From Bugula neritina (lineage: Eukaryota; Animalia; Bryozoa), in NCBI GenBank assembly GCA_964035545.1, contig OZ037768.1, forward strand, positions 17,467,875-17,531,874: a stretch of 64,000 nt of DNA, written 5' to 3'. This document shows, in pieces, positions 51,289 to 64,000 of the stretch; the stretch's first letter is position 1, and every line of letters begins with the position of its first letter. The notes beneath the pieces are model-generated. The model had not been told where the DNA came from, did no database searches, and saw nothing but the letters and a program-made list of their open reading frames with translations. A program made the position numbers and the translations under genes.

Positions 51289-52450
51289 TTTAATTATATT
51301 TAGTCTTGTACGTTACCAGTTTTAAGAGTTGCCTTTTATGTTATATTCAGTCTCAAACAAAGTGTGATTTTTGATTTGCTCTTGTACTGTGTGAAAAAGA
51401 AAAGATTGTCAGTTTTTGTGTTCAGTTTGTTCTGACAATAAATTTAGTAGTTCTAATTTACAAGCTATTTCGGAGTAATTTTAAGGATTTAAGATGGCTA
51501 ATGTACTGTTCTCCGACATTGTGAAGAGCTATGTAGACTACAATATTAGTGGTAAATTTACTGTCTGGATGAAGAAACTGGAACTAGTAGCCCAGGACAT
51601 AACTGACAAACTCAAGTTTTTACCACTCTTCTTGGCTGGTCCAGCTTTTGCTATCTACCAGCAACTCTCTGATGACAAAAATGACTAGGAGAAACTAAAT
51701 TCTCAGCTTACTACTGCATTCAGCACTAGTCCATTTGCGGCATATGAGCAGTTCCATAACAGAGTTCTAACAGAAGGTGAGTCAGTCGATGTATACTCGG
51801 CTGATTTGAGAAAAATGGCTCAGTTAATAGGTCAGAGAGATGCCAATGCTTTCATACGGTGCACTTTTGTGGCTGACTTACCACCTGAGATATCGAGGCA
51901 ATTGAGATCTATTGCCAATTTAGATAAGATGGAGCTCTCTGATATTGTCGCGAAAACAAGAGGCATGCTTGCTACTAGATCATCTAATGGTTCATATGCC
52001 TGTGCAGGTGTCAATCATTTTCCAAATAACAGGCAATCTAAGCAGTGTTTCAAATGTCAAGGATACCGCCACTTGTCACGAGAATGTCCCACTAAACATG
52101 TATATGATGGTGAGAAGATACGGAAATGCTATATCTGTAAATCACCAAATCATTCAGCCAAACAAGTGTTCTCAGCGTTTGGGAAATGGAGTGCCCACCC
52201 CAAGGGGCTATAGTGAAATCGGCGCTATCTATTATACACTCATCAATTGCTGGCAAGAATGTAAAAACATTAGTTGACAGCGGGTGCTAACAGCCGGTAG
52301 TTGCTGCAGATTTACTCAAATCTATAAGCGTAAATTATGGATGTAGACCAACTGGTGTTACCATTTAGATGGAAACATCACCGAGTGATTGGGGGAGGTG
52401 AGATTGTATGTTACAGTTGACAATGAACGTGTACAAATTAGTTGTTAAGT
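51289..52450 (+). pseudogene. Decayed Gypsy element: LTR remnant, gag with two zinc knuckles, and protease start
   Basis: ATG at 51494; LPLFLAGPAFAIYQQL, GESVDVYSADLR, CFKCQGYRHLSREC, CYICKSPNH, LVDSGC; stops and frameshifts. Confidence 0.8.
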
Positions 52451-52451
52451 A

Positions 52452-55400
52452 TCAGGGGGGATGGGGGCACATTGAACAGTGGGGCACATTGAGATTTTAA
52501 TTTTTTTTGAAATTGTCTTTCTTAAGAAACTAACTTTTTTGGTCACATGACAGGAAACACCATGCTTTGTCATCCATCTTGAAATTGGGAACCTAGGAGC
52601 AAGTCCAAAGGATTGGTGAGTAAAAGTTGTTTTACTAAGTAAAAAGTAAATTTTCGGATACTTTGATAAATTGTGTTGTTTTTAAAATAAGTACAATATG
52701 CACTAGTTTTCAAGTAAATATGTTCTCACAAGTCAGTACTAAGCATATTAGTGTTAATATAAATAAAATACCTATGCAAATTTTTATAGCACCATCATGT
52801 TCACAAAAGTACCCATTGGGGCTGATTGAGACGCACTGGAGGGGGCTGATTGAGACATGTCTCAATCAGCCCCCTAAATATAAAATATTGTCTGTAACAT
52901 TATATTGTGTTACTTCTATTCTACTTTTGGTACAGTAGCACTACGGTGAGAAAAAGAAAGCCAACTAAAAGAACTAGACCAGATGACTACCATTGCTGAG
53001 GCAGTTGAATGTGTGATGAACAACGCTATGTCCATTAGAAAAGCTTCCGCAACGATTGGTATGCATAGAGCCACCTTGCATCGAGCTATTGCAAAAAGAA
53101 GGAATGCACCCAATGGCAACATATTATTATCTTTTCAACCTCAACATGGTCACCAAAAAGTGTTAACTGAAGAACAAGAGAACAGTTTGAAAGAATATAT
53201 TATAACAGCATCAAAGATGCATCAAGGAATCACTAAGAAAATGGTTCAAGAGTTTGCATATGAGTATGCAAAAACTCTGAATAGTAAGAGACCTGTATCG
53301 TGGGATAAAAATGAAATGGCAGGTATGCTTTGTGACATTGCATTGAGATCAAAGTTTGGAATATAAAGTTTGAAACATGTGCAGGTACATAAACACAAAT
53401 ATTTATGTTGGGAAAAAGGCTATTCACCAATATAATGTAAATTGATGGTCATCATTTACGTTTTACCACTAGGAAGTAGATAAATAAAGATACTTTATGT
53501 ATGCTTGCCACTTGTTAGGTAATTGTACCTTGTGGTTACCGATTATAATTTTTATTTCAGGAGAGGATTGGATCTATGGATTTAAAAAGCGTCACCCCAC
53601 TTTATCGGTTAGAACACCGGAGGCGACAAGCCTTGCTCGGGCTACGAGTTTCAACAAGAGCAATGTATCAGCGTTTTTTGAGAATCTTCAATTTGTTCTC
53701 AAGAAATATAGATTCACGGTCAGTGATATATATAACGTGGATGAAACTGCTTTGACCACCGTCCATAAGCCTGAAAAGATCCTGACGGAAAAAACTCAAA
53801 GCAGGTTGGCCTTCAGACTTCAGCCGAAAGGGGTACTCTCACTACACTTGTGGGTTGTATTAATGCCCAGGGTGGGTCTAGACCACCATTTATGGTGTTC
53901 CCACGAGTTCACTTCAAAGATTCTATGCTAAGTGGGGCTTCACCTGGCTCAACTGTAACAGCCCAAATATCTGGTTGGGTTAACAAAGAGATATTTCAAC
54001 AGTGGTTGAAGAACTTTGTGGAGTCAACTAGATGTTCTTTAGAAAAAGCTTGCCTTACTGCTACTAGACAATTATACGAGTCATTTGTCAATTGTAGCCA
54101 TCAATTATGCGAAAGAAAATGGAGTGATTTTACTCACATTTCCCCCGCATTGCAGCCATAAGCTCCAACCTCTGGGCAGGTCTGTCTACGGCCCCTTGAA
54201 AAGATATTACAATGACGCCTGTTCTAGATGGATGTTGAACCATCCTGGTCGCACTATCTCTATTCATGACGTTGGTGGTCTTCTTGGAGATGCTTATCCA
54301 AAAGCTTTTACACCATGCAACATAACATCAGGATTTCGGGTTGCAGAAATTTATCCATTTAACCCGGATGTTTTTGGAGAAATTGAGTTTCTCCCATCAG
54401 CTGTCACAGATCGGCCTGATTCCAACATTGGTGAGCCGCTGAACAGCCCCGGACCTGGCCGATCAAGTACATCACAGCCATCAGCACACATGCTTACTCC
54501 AAATGGTACTTCTACAAGTGAGGTACATATCACCACTAAACAACAACCTACTCCAGAAGAAATCAGACCTTGTAATAAAGCGCTGCCAAACAAAACACCT
54601 ATCGGAAAAAACCCAAATCCTAAATATTTACAAATACACCAGTTAAACTGCAACTTGAGCAAGAGGAGCTAGCAAAGATGAAGAAACCTAGAATGAAGCG
54701 AAAGCTAGCAAGAAAAAATGACTTTTCTTCAGAAAGTGAAGGAGAGTCTGCGAATGAAATTCTTGCTAAACAATTAGCGGATAAGGACAGCTCAAGTGAT
54801 GAGTTGATACCTGAGGACAATGAAGACATTTTGGCTATGTCTGAGAAGGCAAAAGTTGGCTCATACGTTCTTGTTAAATTTCAAAGTAAACGGCGAACAT
54901 GCCACTATGTTGAAATCATTACTGAAACAGATGGTGTGATTAGCACAGTGTTATTTTTTAAAGCTATTAAAGGGGAAAGATTTCATTTGTCAAACCTGAT
55001 CAAGAAAATATTGCGGAGGTTGATAATGAAGATTTTGTTAGGATCTTGCCCACACCTAACATCGCCCGTGGAACAAACCGACTCGCTGAGAGAATAGTAT
55101 TTGACATAGATCTTTCATGCTACACTACTCGGTAATATCAGTAGTGTGTAACACTACATGTTGGTACAAGCCTACCAAATTGCTTTACAATCTAATGCCA
55201 ATAGCCACAATTTGAACCAAGTCTGTAACCTTCTTGCCAATATTTTGCGGACACACTCATTTAGAGCCATGCTGAGTCCTGAATTTTTTGATAAGAGCCT
55301 CCCTGCAGGTACACCCATTCGTAAGGGCTCAAACCCTGATTTCAGCTCACTTCAAAGAGTTCCGTGCTTGTTCTTTAGGCCTCGTGTCTCGAGAATTTCT

Positions 55401-58400
55401 TGTAGTAGATCCACAATCATGAGACACTCTCTGTAGGAAAGGACGATGTAGTCGCCTCCCCATGGCGAAGTTTGCTAAAGAGACGCTCCACAGCTTCAAC
55501 TGTTGTGAAAGAACAACATAGGTCACCTGCGAGCTCAAGGTTCCTGGCAGCCATTAGTTTCCATAGCTTAGTAGTTGCTATACTGTTTTAAATGCAAGAC
55601 TTCTGGTGAAATAGATGATGCCAGCTACCAGTCCTAGTGTTTTTATCACACCAATGTTTTTCAATCATATTTTCAGTTTGCCCTCACTTAAATAAAGTCC
55701 TAGTCCTGTCGATTCTGTGAAAATGCCTGCCTTTGTAAGTCAAAGGCAGACATGTGTGTTGTGTACTTACCAACAGAACTGCGTGTATTTATAAAACTTT
55801 CCTTCTTAGTAAACCATCGACCGGGAGCCATATGACTCCAAGTTCAAGGCAATCGCAGAGAAAAGAGCAGGGCTAGACCAACAAGAAGCCGCTTAGAAGC
55901 AAGAGCTTCGGGCAGCTGAGCCTGACGAGACAGCGATGAAGTACATGCAAAAGTATTATCGTTGGTTGAACATCATCGCCCACCAGTGCCAGATGCAGTC
56001 CCCAGGAGCGCCTCAAAGGTACTCCTGAGTAGCCTGGCTGGTTGGCAGGCACGGTCCAAAGGAATCCCTGCTGCTTCCTCGCTGTGTGCTCCCGTGGGTG
56101 CTACACAAGCACCCCCAGATGACCTGATAGGCCAGCAGGTCCAATCTATGCAGACACCTGCTGTTGCTTTATCGGGTGGGGATCGAGTGCAGTCTATGCA
56201 GACCCTCAAAATTCCCCATCAAGACAATCAGATAATAGAATTGCGTACCAGTAAACAGGATAAACCTAACTACTGTCAGAGGATTAGGCTACCCTGACTC
56301 AGAGAGCGCCTTCTTGGCACTCTCAGACGACCTCGCAAGCCAACAGGTGCAGTTCCTCGACAAGCAGATAGGAGATAGACTAAACTTCGAACAGCAGGTC
56401 GAGTCCGCGGAGACTTCTGAGACTTGGAAGGACCTAGTTAAGAAGGAGGACAAGCTCAATGAGCTGCTGAGTGAAGAGGATATGGGAGAACAACCCAGTT
56501 AAGTACCCATACTCCTAGGTAGTATTTACTATTGACATGTGATGAATTACTACCAGCAAACAACTACTGACCTCAAACAAACATACAAATAGATTTGACG
56601 ATAATTTATATATATGCTCTGAAGATGTGCTCTTGTGCCCTGTTTCTCTTTTGTAAAGAGGAAGCGTGTAATATGATCCAATAATGACATGCTACTGACA
56701 AACACTAGCAGGTACAAAAGCCACCCGATGCGATTGGTCACGTGACGACTGACAAGTGAAAGCCGGATGAATGACGACCTGAGGCACTCTGTAGCTGGAG
56801 CTTAGCCTGGTAGGTTAATATTACAGTACGTCTCTGTAACACCTGAGATAATCAGCATATACACAAGATTATTCAGTTGCGTACAACTTTTTCTTGAGAC
56901 ATTAAGCCGTTTCCTAAAGCAGAACAGCAGTCTTTCCAAGTATGCTAATGTAGCAGAACACCATTCTCACAGCAACACATGTAAAAGAAGCCTTAGAGAA
57001 TCCAAGAACGACCAAAAGTTCGTAGTGAAAAAAACCGCTAAGGGGAAAAATGATTTTGAGTATGGAGAAAAATCAGTGTTGCTGTCAGAACTATTGTCAC
57101 AGAGGCGCTCTGATCATCAGTATCATCAATTTTCAGTGATGGTACAGTAGTAGTGACGGGTTTATTCCTAGATGAGGCTACACCACCAACAATGATGAAA
57201 ACAATAGTGTTATAACACATACTCAATTTTGCCCCATACACAAAAAAACAGGCCACATATAAGTCGCCACATGGTAGCATGGTATACTGTCAGACGAGTC
57301 CTGACTTAGCTTATGTTCTTTTGTCTACACTAAATTATATTTATAAAACAGAGACAGCAGAGGTAGGTGAGGACAGGCGAAGATATATTTACTGTTAATA
57401 TCTGACAAACCATTTTTTTTCAATTTACTAAATACTTGAAAAAAATTCATTGATAAAATAAACAAAAATATTTACTATATTGAGCATCTGCCAGGAAAAA
57501 TTTTTAAGGCAAGTCTTTGTACTGATGAGACCCTGCTGCTGAAACCAGTTGGCACAAAACAAGATGTTATGTAATTTCATAACATCAAGGGCGTATGCAA
57601 ATGTTCAGTTGTCTAGGAAATGACGTGCAATAAACAAATTTGCAAAATCAAGTTTAATGTATATATCAACATAAAAATTCAGACTAATTTTTATGAATTG
57701 GGTTGACACAACAAAACATGGGGTGTGACCACATGGTTAAATCTAAATTTCAACCAACAGTTCTCATTCAAAAAAAAGGTTGACATGAGATCCTTGAGGA
57801 AAAAACCATTAGCTGCTGGTTTCAACTAGCTTGTTCTGATAACAAAATATTCAGACTTAATATTAGCTTAAGTCATTAATTTTTTAGTGATGATGTTGTT
57901 TGAGCTGTTCGATTCATTGCAAAAATATGAGAACAGGAGAGTATCACCAGGGCATGCTCCCAGTTTAGCCTTTAGCACAGAAAGGCAAAAATCACAGACC
58001 AAGTCCTTTGTTGAAACTGTTATAGGAGGAAAAGTCACAATAGACACTTACAATGACATTTTAATAAAATACTTTAAATCAATAAAATAGGACTATTCAC
58101 TAGCTCAACTGCCTGTTGTGAGCCAACACCTAATCCTATATACTAATATAGTTTTCTACCAACAACCATCAGTCATTTGAATTATTAGTCCACTGAACAC
58201 AATAAAGGGGCTTGAGTATATTTTTGAAAAATTTTGTTTTATAATTTTTGTGTTCTAGTCATTGTTATAATCTAGTATCAATGCGCCCAGCCCCCATGTC
58301 TCAATGTGCCCGCTATAGGGACACTTTGAGACAGCAAAAAAATAATGTAACGGCCACAAACACATTCTTTACTGAAGATAGAGGTCTGAAACTTACAAAT

Positions 58401-58496
58401 TATATAAGCAAAGGATGAGAGATTAGTAGTCCACATCCAAATTTTATACTAGTGAAATACTTTTTGATTTACACTGAAAAATGCTAAAATTGTCTA
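52452..58496 (+). mobile_element. pogo/Tigger-like DNA transposon with internal insertions; right TIR truncated
   Basis: Left TIR cagggggga..ggggcacattga with repeats; inverted subterminal tctcaatgtgccc at ~58299-58312. Confidence 0.7.
52983..55135 (+). pseudogene. pogo-type transposase (HTH psq, CENP-B HTH, DDE), intron 53322-53559, frameshifted
   Basis: MSIRKAS..HRATL; AG|[27 protein letters not shown]; YNVDET; LLLLDN..SH; FPPHCSHKLQPLG (third D replaced by G). Confidence 0.85.
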
Positions 58497-58719
58497 TAAG
58501 TATTAAGTATAACTATAATGTAAGTATTAATAAAAATACAATTATTAACATTATGATTATTGACAGTAAGAGTAAAACTAAAACTAAAACTCTTAGTAAA
58601 ACTAAAACTAAAAGTAAAACTAAAAGTAAAACTAAAAGTAAGTATAGTTTAAGTAAGGTTAAGCAGGACCTGCGGCAGCTAATTCCAATGCCAATGCTAT
58701 TCAAATATAACTAACTCGG

Positions 58720-59270
58720 CTGTTAATTTTAGTTTTTGTTGAACTATTTAAGTCCTTGGTGATAATAAGACTAGAAGCAATAAAAGGAATGTTGTAATTA
58801 TTTTAAAATATTATTTTAATGAACAAGGATTCAGCACGAGGTGAAAGGTTGGCGCTGGCGTTCGAACTATTGCAATGATGTGTCCAAACACTTTTTAGTA
58901 ATACAAACTGCGTGCAGAGTAACCCGACTAGATTTTGCAAAAAAGCGCGGGGTTTCGCGACTCTATGTAATAGCTTTATACGAATATCATCCAATTGCAA
59001 ACGGTATTCTCATTGATTGACCAATGTGAATACAGTGTACGGTTTAGCCGAAGCCAGGCGGTTTTGTTTCTTACGTGCCTCATTGGCCCAAAATAAACAG
59101 GTTTTATTCCCAGCAAGGAATAAATAGACATATACAAATTTTCATATTTCAGTTTCAGTTCAGTTGCTTGCTGTCAGTGTCTGTTCCGTCCTGCAAGCTA
59201 CATTAAATTGAGATTTATTAAATGATAGAAGTCTTATCACTAGACATAGTTTTTACATTTACTGTGCACG
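58720..59270. promoter_or_regulatory. Candidate bidirectional promoter / non-coding first exons (INTS8 on +, HOGA1 on -)
   Basis: Locally CpG-richer island flanked by AT-rich low-complexity DNA, with CCAAT boxes on both strands. Both neighbouring genes have splice acceptors just upstream of their ATGs. Inference only. Confidence 0.3.
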
Positions 59271-59761
59271 AGTTTATGTTGTTCTACATATTACATTAGA
59301 TTAATAACTGTCATTATGATTATGATAATCATAATGATAATGATTATAATTATTCATGATGATAATCATAATGATAATATTAATAATAATGATAAAAAAA
59401 ATTAAATTTAAACTATAAACTAAAAGCACATTTTAGTTTTTATTTTTATTCACGTTATGATTACGACTACTATTGCATTTAATTTTATGATCATCATCAT
59501 GATAACCATTCAATTTCATCATTAGTTTAATTTTTTAATGATTAAAAGAATAATGTTATCATTATAATTAATTGAATATGATTTAATTTTATGCTGACTG
59601 ATGAGCATTATTCAATATCTGTATCAGTACCACAATCAGTGAATCAGATTGACAATGTGAATGATAGATGACGATCAGTATCACAATCACAGTGATAATT
59701 ATTAAATTTGGTATATCTTAATCTATGTAATCAATTACAATAAATATATTTATAATAATAT

Positions 59762-60126
59762 TGTAGTGGCTGTGAAAATTATACCCCCCAGCACCCCTTG
59801 CCTAAATTACTGTATTATATTATAAAACATAAAATTTTCCACGGGACTACAACTCCATTAGCAGTGCCGCAGCTCTCTGCGACACCGCATCACTCCCTAT
59901 GGCCATACTGCCGGAACCCTATACTAACCAATCAGGACCAACCTCTTGGATATAAACAGCGCCTTCTGGCACCCAGCCTCAGTCGAACAATAACTATTAA
60001 CTAGATAAGCTAACCTGGTGTAACAGTTCCTGTATTGTGCTACTTTAGCAAAAACTTTTCTATCAGGGTTTCTTACACAAAAGGCGAATATAAACCGACA
60101 TAAGCTATAGTATCATTTGTCATACA
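59762..60126 (+). mobile_element. Possible solo LTR
   Basis: Starts TGTAGT; contains CCAAT, TATAAA and CAGT-like initiator in order. End and TSD are not resolved. Confidence 0.35.
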
Positions 60127-60526
60127 TAATTATTATTTTATGATTAATAATTTAGTAGTCACTAAATTACTGATTTAGTAATTGGGTCAATAAATTCAAC
60201 ATAGCACTCCTGCTCCTAGTGATAGTCTTTAGATAGAGAAAGGCTACTGTGTGGGCCAAATTAAAATTGCGTTACACATCACCATTGGGAATAAATTTAA
60301 GCTTACTTTGGGTGTTAGTATTTTAGAAGTTTGCATTAGTAATTTGCTTTTATGATATTAACGATTATGATTAATAATTGATTTGTTGTACATTTGCAAT
60401 CAAAATTCAGAATTAAATATTATAACAGTTATAATATTATATTATAATGTCTAGTTCATTTACTTATTGACCATAGTTGCATTTTGTTAGAAATGTCTCA
60501 TCTTTTTTATTAATATTGGAGACTAA

Positions 60527-60870
60527 GCCTAGGGCCACACTGTGCGTATTTTCGCATGCGAAAATTGAAATCACAAGTAGCAAAGGTGTCCACTGTGCGC
60601 GTTGAGAAAACATTCGCATTTGTTGCTCAGCATTTTCAACGCAAGTGCGAATCGTCTCTGTCGTCGTCACCTAATTGGCTGGTAGTTATTCAGCGAGCCC
60701 AATTTCTTTATTTTAGTGCTACATTCCAGTAAATTGCGTTTTATTGAAAGCGAGTGTGATTTAAAAATGAAAGCTTTATTTATCACGCACCACTGACGCT
60801 ACAGTGGACACCTTTGCTACTTGTGATTTCAATTTTCGCATGCAAAAATACGCACCGTGTGGCCCTAGGC
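60527..60870. mobile_element. PIF/Harbinger-like MITE
   Basis: ~70-bp near-perfect TIRs gcctagggccacac...; TSD TAA at 60524-60526 and 60871-60873. Confidence 0.85.
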
Positions 60871-60935
60871 TAAGACTGTCAAATTTAGCTGTATACTTTA
60901 GCTTTCACAGTTTTTTTAGTTCCAGCTCATTGGAG

Positions 60936-63773
60936 ATGAGTACAGGTCCAAGTATACCAAATGAAGTCATGGAATGCCAACAGGATAATATCGAGGATAA
61001 ACTGCTCAATACAAGAAAAGACTCCACATCATGGTATGAATTTTTATTGCAACCTGGTCTGTTATTGCAGCATATCTCTAATCCCAGCTCTGTGCCTGGC
61101 TCTCACCAATTAATCATTCAGTTTCTTCAGCAAGCTAATGCGTTAGAAACTAGTCTAAATGCTGCTGAAGCAAAGCAAAATGCAAAGGAAACTCAGAGTA
61201 CCACACCAGAAGCAAAGGAAGAATCTGATCTTAGAGTTTCTGGATTATTACTTCCAAGTATGTTATATATATTTTAAATTGAAATTTATACTTGATGATT
61301 TTCATTTCTTGGTAAAACATCTGTTTAACTGATTAGATAAGAACAAAAGATTATAAAATAAACAGCTTTGTCATAATTTTTCGGTTTTACCCGTTCAAAT
61401 ACTGTCATTTTCCATTATGTGAAATAAACAAAGTTTCAAAAATATTTTGACAATATGCAAATAGTTGTTATTTTTAAGTTATATTTTGGTGGCTTGTTTA
61501 TAGATACCAAAAAGGATGATGTGAGTGAAAAGAAATACTTCAAAAAAAAGATATATGCATTGAAACTTCTAGCACTGAAAATTGCTGCTCATGGTTGGTA
61601 AACTTTTATCATCAAGATACAGCAGTTGAAATTTGTTGCTCCTGTTAAATTTCTTCATTGTTGGAAGATAATTTGATGAAATATAAACTAAAGATATATT
61701 TCATTTGTTTGCCAATGTAATTTACTATTTGATAGAACACATAAACTTAATATTATTATTATATACTAAGACCTACAGTTGTAGTCTGAGATATATATTT
61801 TTAGGCAACTGGAATCTGGAAGCATTAATGAAAAATATTCCAGGGCCACTGGTGCTGCAGCTGTTACAGCTGCTAATGACGGTGACTTCAGATAATGTGG
61901 AAGAAAATGACGAGTCCTTGATTGAGATTTTGACACAAAATAAGCATTCTGATCACTATTTCTTCTCTTTGTTGTTATATCAACGGTGGTAAGCATGTGT
62001 TGACGTAGATCTAACTTTTGTTAATTTCTCATTTAAATAACAGAGTACACATACGCACATTTCGCACACCCAGATTTTATTCTTATATTCTATGCATTTT
62101 GTAGGTGTTTGCAAACGGTATTAAAAGATTGTTTGCCTAAGAAACCTAATAAAGTGAATTCAATCCCTGTGTAAGTACACTACCAATTACATTTTTGTGT
62201 TAAATTTATTTGCTTAAGTAGCTTTATGATTGAAGCATACATCTTTGTCTGTTGTACTTACCGTTCAACATTTTCATTACAGTCCTGGTTTAACCGAACC
62301 AATAGTGTCTATGGTTGGAATTAGTGAAGAAAAGCTTGCACAGGTGAGAATTATCTTCAAAACAGCAAAAGTGATAAGTAGTGTTATTTAAGATCTTGCA
62401 ACAAACAATTTGACTACAGCTTTGTCAACAAAAAAAGTTTAAAATACTGATTGAATTATAAGTTTTGTAAACAAAAGTTTTACGTAATTTACCTTGTCAA
62501 ACATGTTATGCTATTTACTACGGGATATTCTTCAAAAACCCAAACTTTTCACAATTTTTGGCTCTATATAAGTTGGCAAATGCTTCAATATAGTTAATAC
62601 GGTCACAGCCATGTGTTTTAGATAAAGAAGTTGTTTGGGAAATGCAAATCTGCATTGACTGAATGCTTAAATGTGAACCGAACAGCTTGCATACCAACAT
62701 ATGATTGCTTTGATTTTGGGAGCTCTGCCCTGGGTGACCTTGAACTCAACTGGAAGAAAGGTGATACCTGCGGCATAGAGGTTTGGGGCCAGCAGGTAAA
62801 TCTTTTCTGTTTGTGTATTTAGAATTTTATGCTTCAGTTTATAGTTTCTCTTGTTTTTACTCTGCTTTGTGAGTCTTTCTTTTCAAACATTATATGCAGA
62901 GTTGTGAGCCTTTTCCATTTTCTATTTTGGAACTGATTAGCATACATTGCAAAAGTCAAGTTGATGTGTTTTTTAAAATGTGGTAATGCTTCAGTGTGCA
63001 AGTTGCATATTTATTAGTTATATTGGGTTCTGTATGAACTGAAGTTGGCTCACAGACAGTTCATGGCTGAGTTCACTTTTTTCCGTTAGTGTTTAAGTAA
63101 TCTGCTTCTTGTTGCAGGCAGGTTTAAAAAATATTGTAAGTCATATTAGATGGTTGGTCTTTATTAGAAATTTGTAAATCAGAAAAAAATGTTCAATACT
63201 AAAATATATACAAACTAGATTAACTTAGTTTTACCTGCATCTTGTATGAAGGTTTATTTTTCATTATGTTTAAAAAAAATATATTCTTTCAAAATATTAT
63301 GATATATATTGATTGTAAAAAATTATGCAGCCATTCATTTTATTATTATATAAGTTGTTTATTTGTTTTAGATAGCATTTGACCTTGGAGCAGTTTATTT
63401 TTATGAAACTGATTACTACAAAGCGCTAGATATGTTCAACATAGCCCACACACACAGCACTAAGGTAATAATTATATTTATTACCTGTGAAACTCCTGCC
63501 ATGTTCAGCTCATTTAATTAACTTTAGTTGAGTCTCCTTGGAGTAATAATATGCAGGAATGTAAGAAGGGAGTCGTGAACCCTTCGCAATATTTGCATCA
63601 TATTATCTTATATGAATACTTATTGTTGCTATATCCAGGCTCCAAGTACAGGCGTTGAAGTTGGGACGCTGTCAGGTTATATCAAAGCATGCAACTCTTT
63701 GGTCCATCAAGAGAAACACGTTGGCAACATTATCAATGTGTTTAATGATGCCTTGAAGAAGTCTGATAGTCAG
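60936..63773 (+). CDS. INTS8: Integrator complex subunit 8 (5' part, continues past the window)
   Basis: Exons at about 60936-61257, 61504-61593, 61805-61988, 62105-62170, 62283-62343, 62622-62795, 63372-63463, 63638-63773. Motifs SWYEFLL...QLIIQFLQQA, ALKLLALKIAAHGNWNLEAL, IAFDLGAVYF match the INTS8 N-terminus. Confidence 0.85.
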
Positions 63774-63845
63774 GTACTCTTGGTTATATATGCTATGCTT
63801 TACAAACTTAAACTTAACTTCAAGTGTGTTTTCTTATGGTATAGG

Positions 63846-64000
63846 ACGGAGTTGTCCAACTTTTTCGGAGTGAGAGCCACTGAAATGGAATATTCCGGTG
63901 TGAGGGCCACATTGTAAACTTTAATTTGAGTCAGAGCCCACGGCATCAGTATTTTTCAAATGACTTTATTCCATATTCTTACGAGTCATTACACAATAAA
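63846..64000. mobile_element. Start of a hAT MITE (runs off the window)
   Basis: cggagttgtccaactttt...gagagccac...gagggccac, the same pattern as the 30380 element. Confidence 0.55.

Overview
AT-rich, intron-containing animal genomic DNA, probably invertebrate. All exon models below were built by hand from GT/AG sites, reading phase and family motifs; no database search was run. From left to right: (1) the 5' end of a Gypsy LTR retrotransposon running off the left edge; (2) a DNase I-family cluster of two tandem + strand paralogues (1229-8784 and 10613-23674) facing a convergent - strand DNase I-like gene with an intact active site (~26494-31031). The two paralogues have intact 9-exon reading frames, a signal peptide, an S/T stalk and a hydrophobic GPI-like tail, but most catalytic residues are replaced. 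(3) a 4.5-kb Polinton/Maverick-derived element in intron 2 of the second paralogue (AGTAGT...ACTACT termini, ~300-bp TIRs, 6-bp TSD) carrying ATPase, PLA2, integrase and fibre-like genes but no polymerase or capsid; (4) an FBXO15-like gene (-) with an intact young Gypsy element and a tandemly amplified splice acceptor in one intron; (5) HOGA1 (-); (6) a ~11-kb nested transposon pile (Gypsy remnant, LINE, hAT, pogo); (7) the 5' part of INTS8 (+). There are many MITEs, SINE-like remnants and microsatellites. The best candidates for an undescribed system are the membrane-anchored pseudo-DNase I pair next to an active DNase I, and the compact polymerase- and capsid-less Polinton-like element with TAAATG gene starts.
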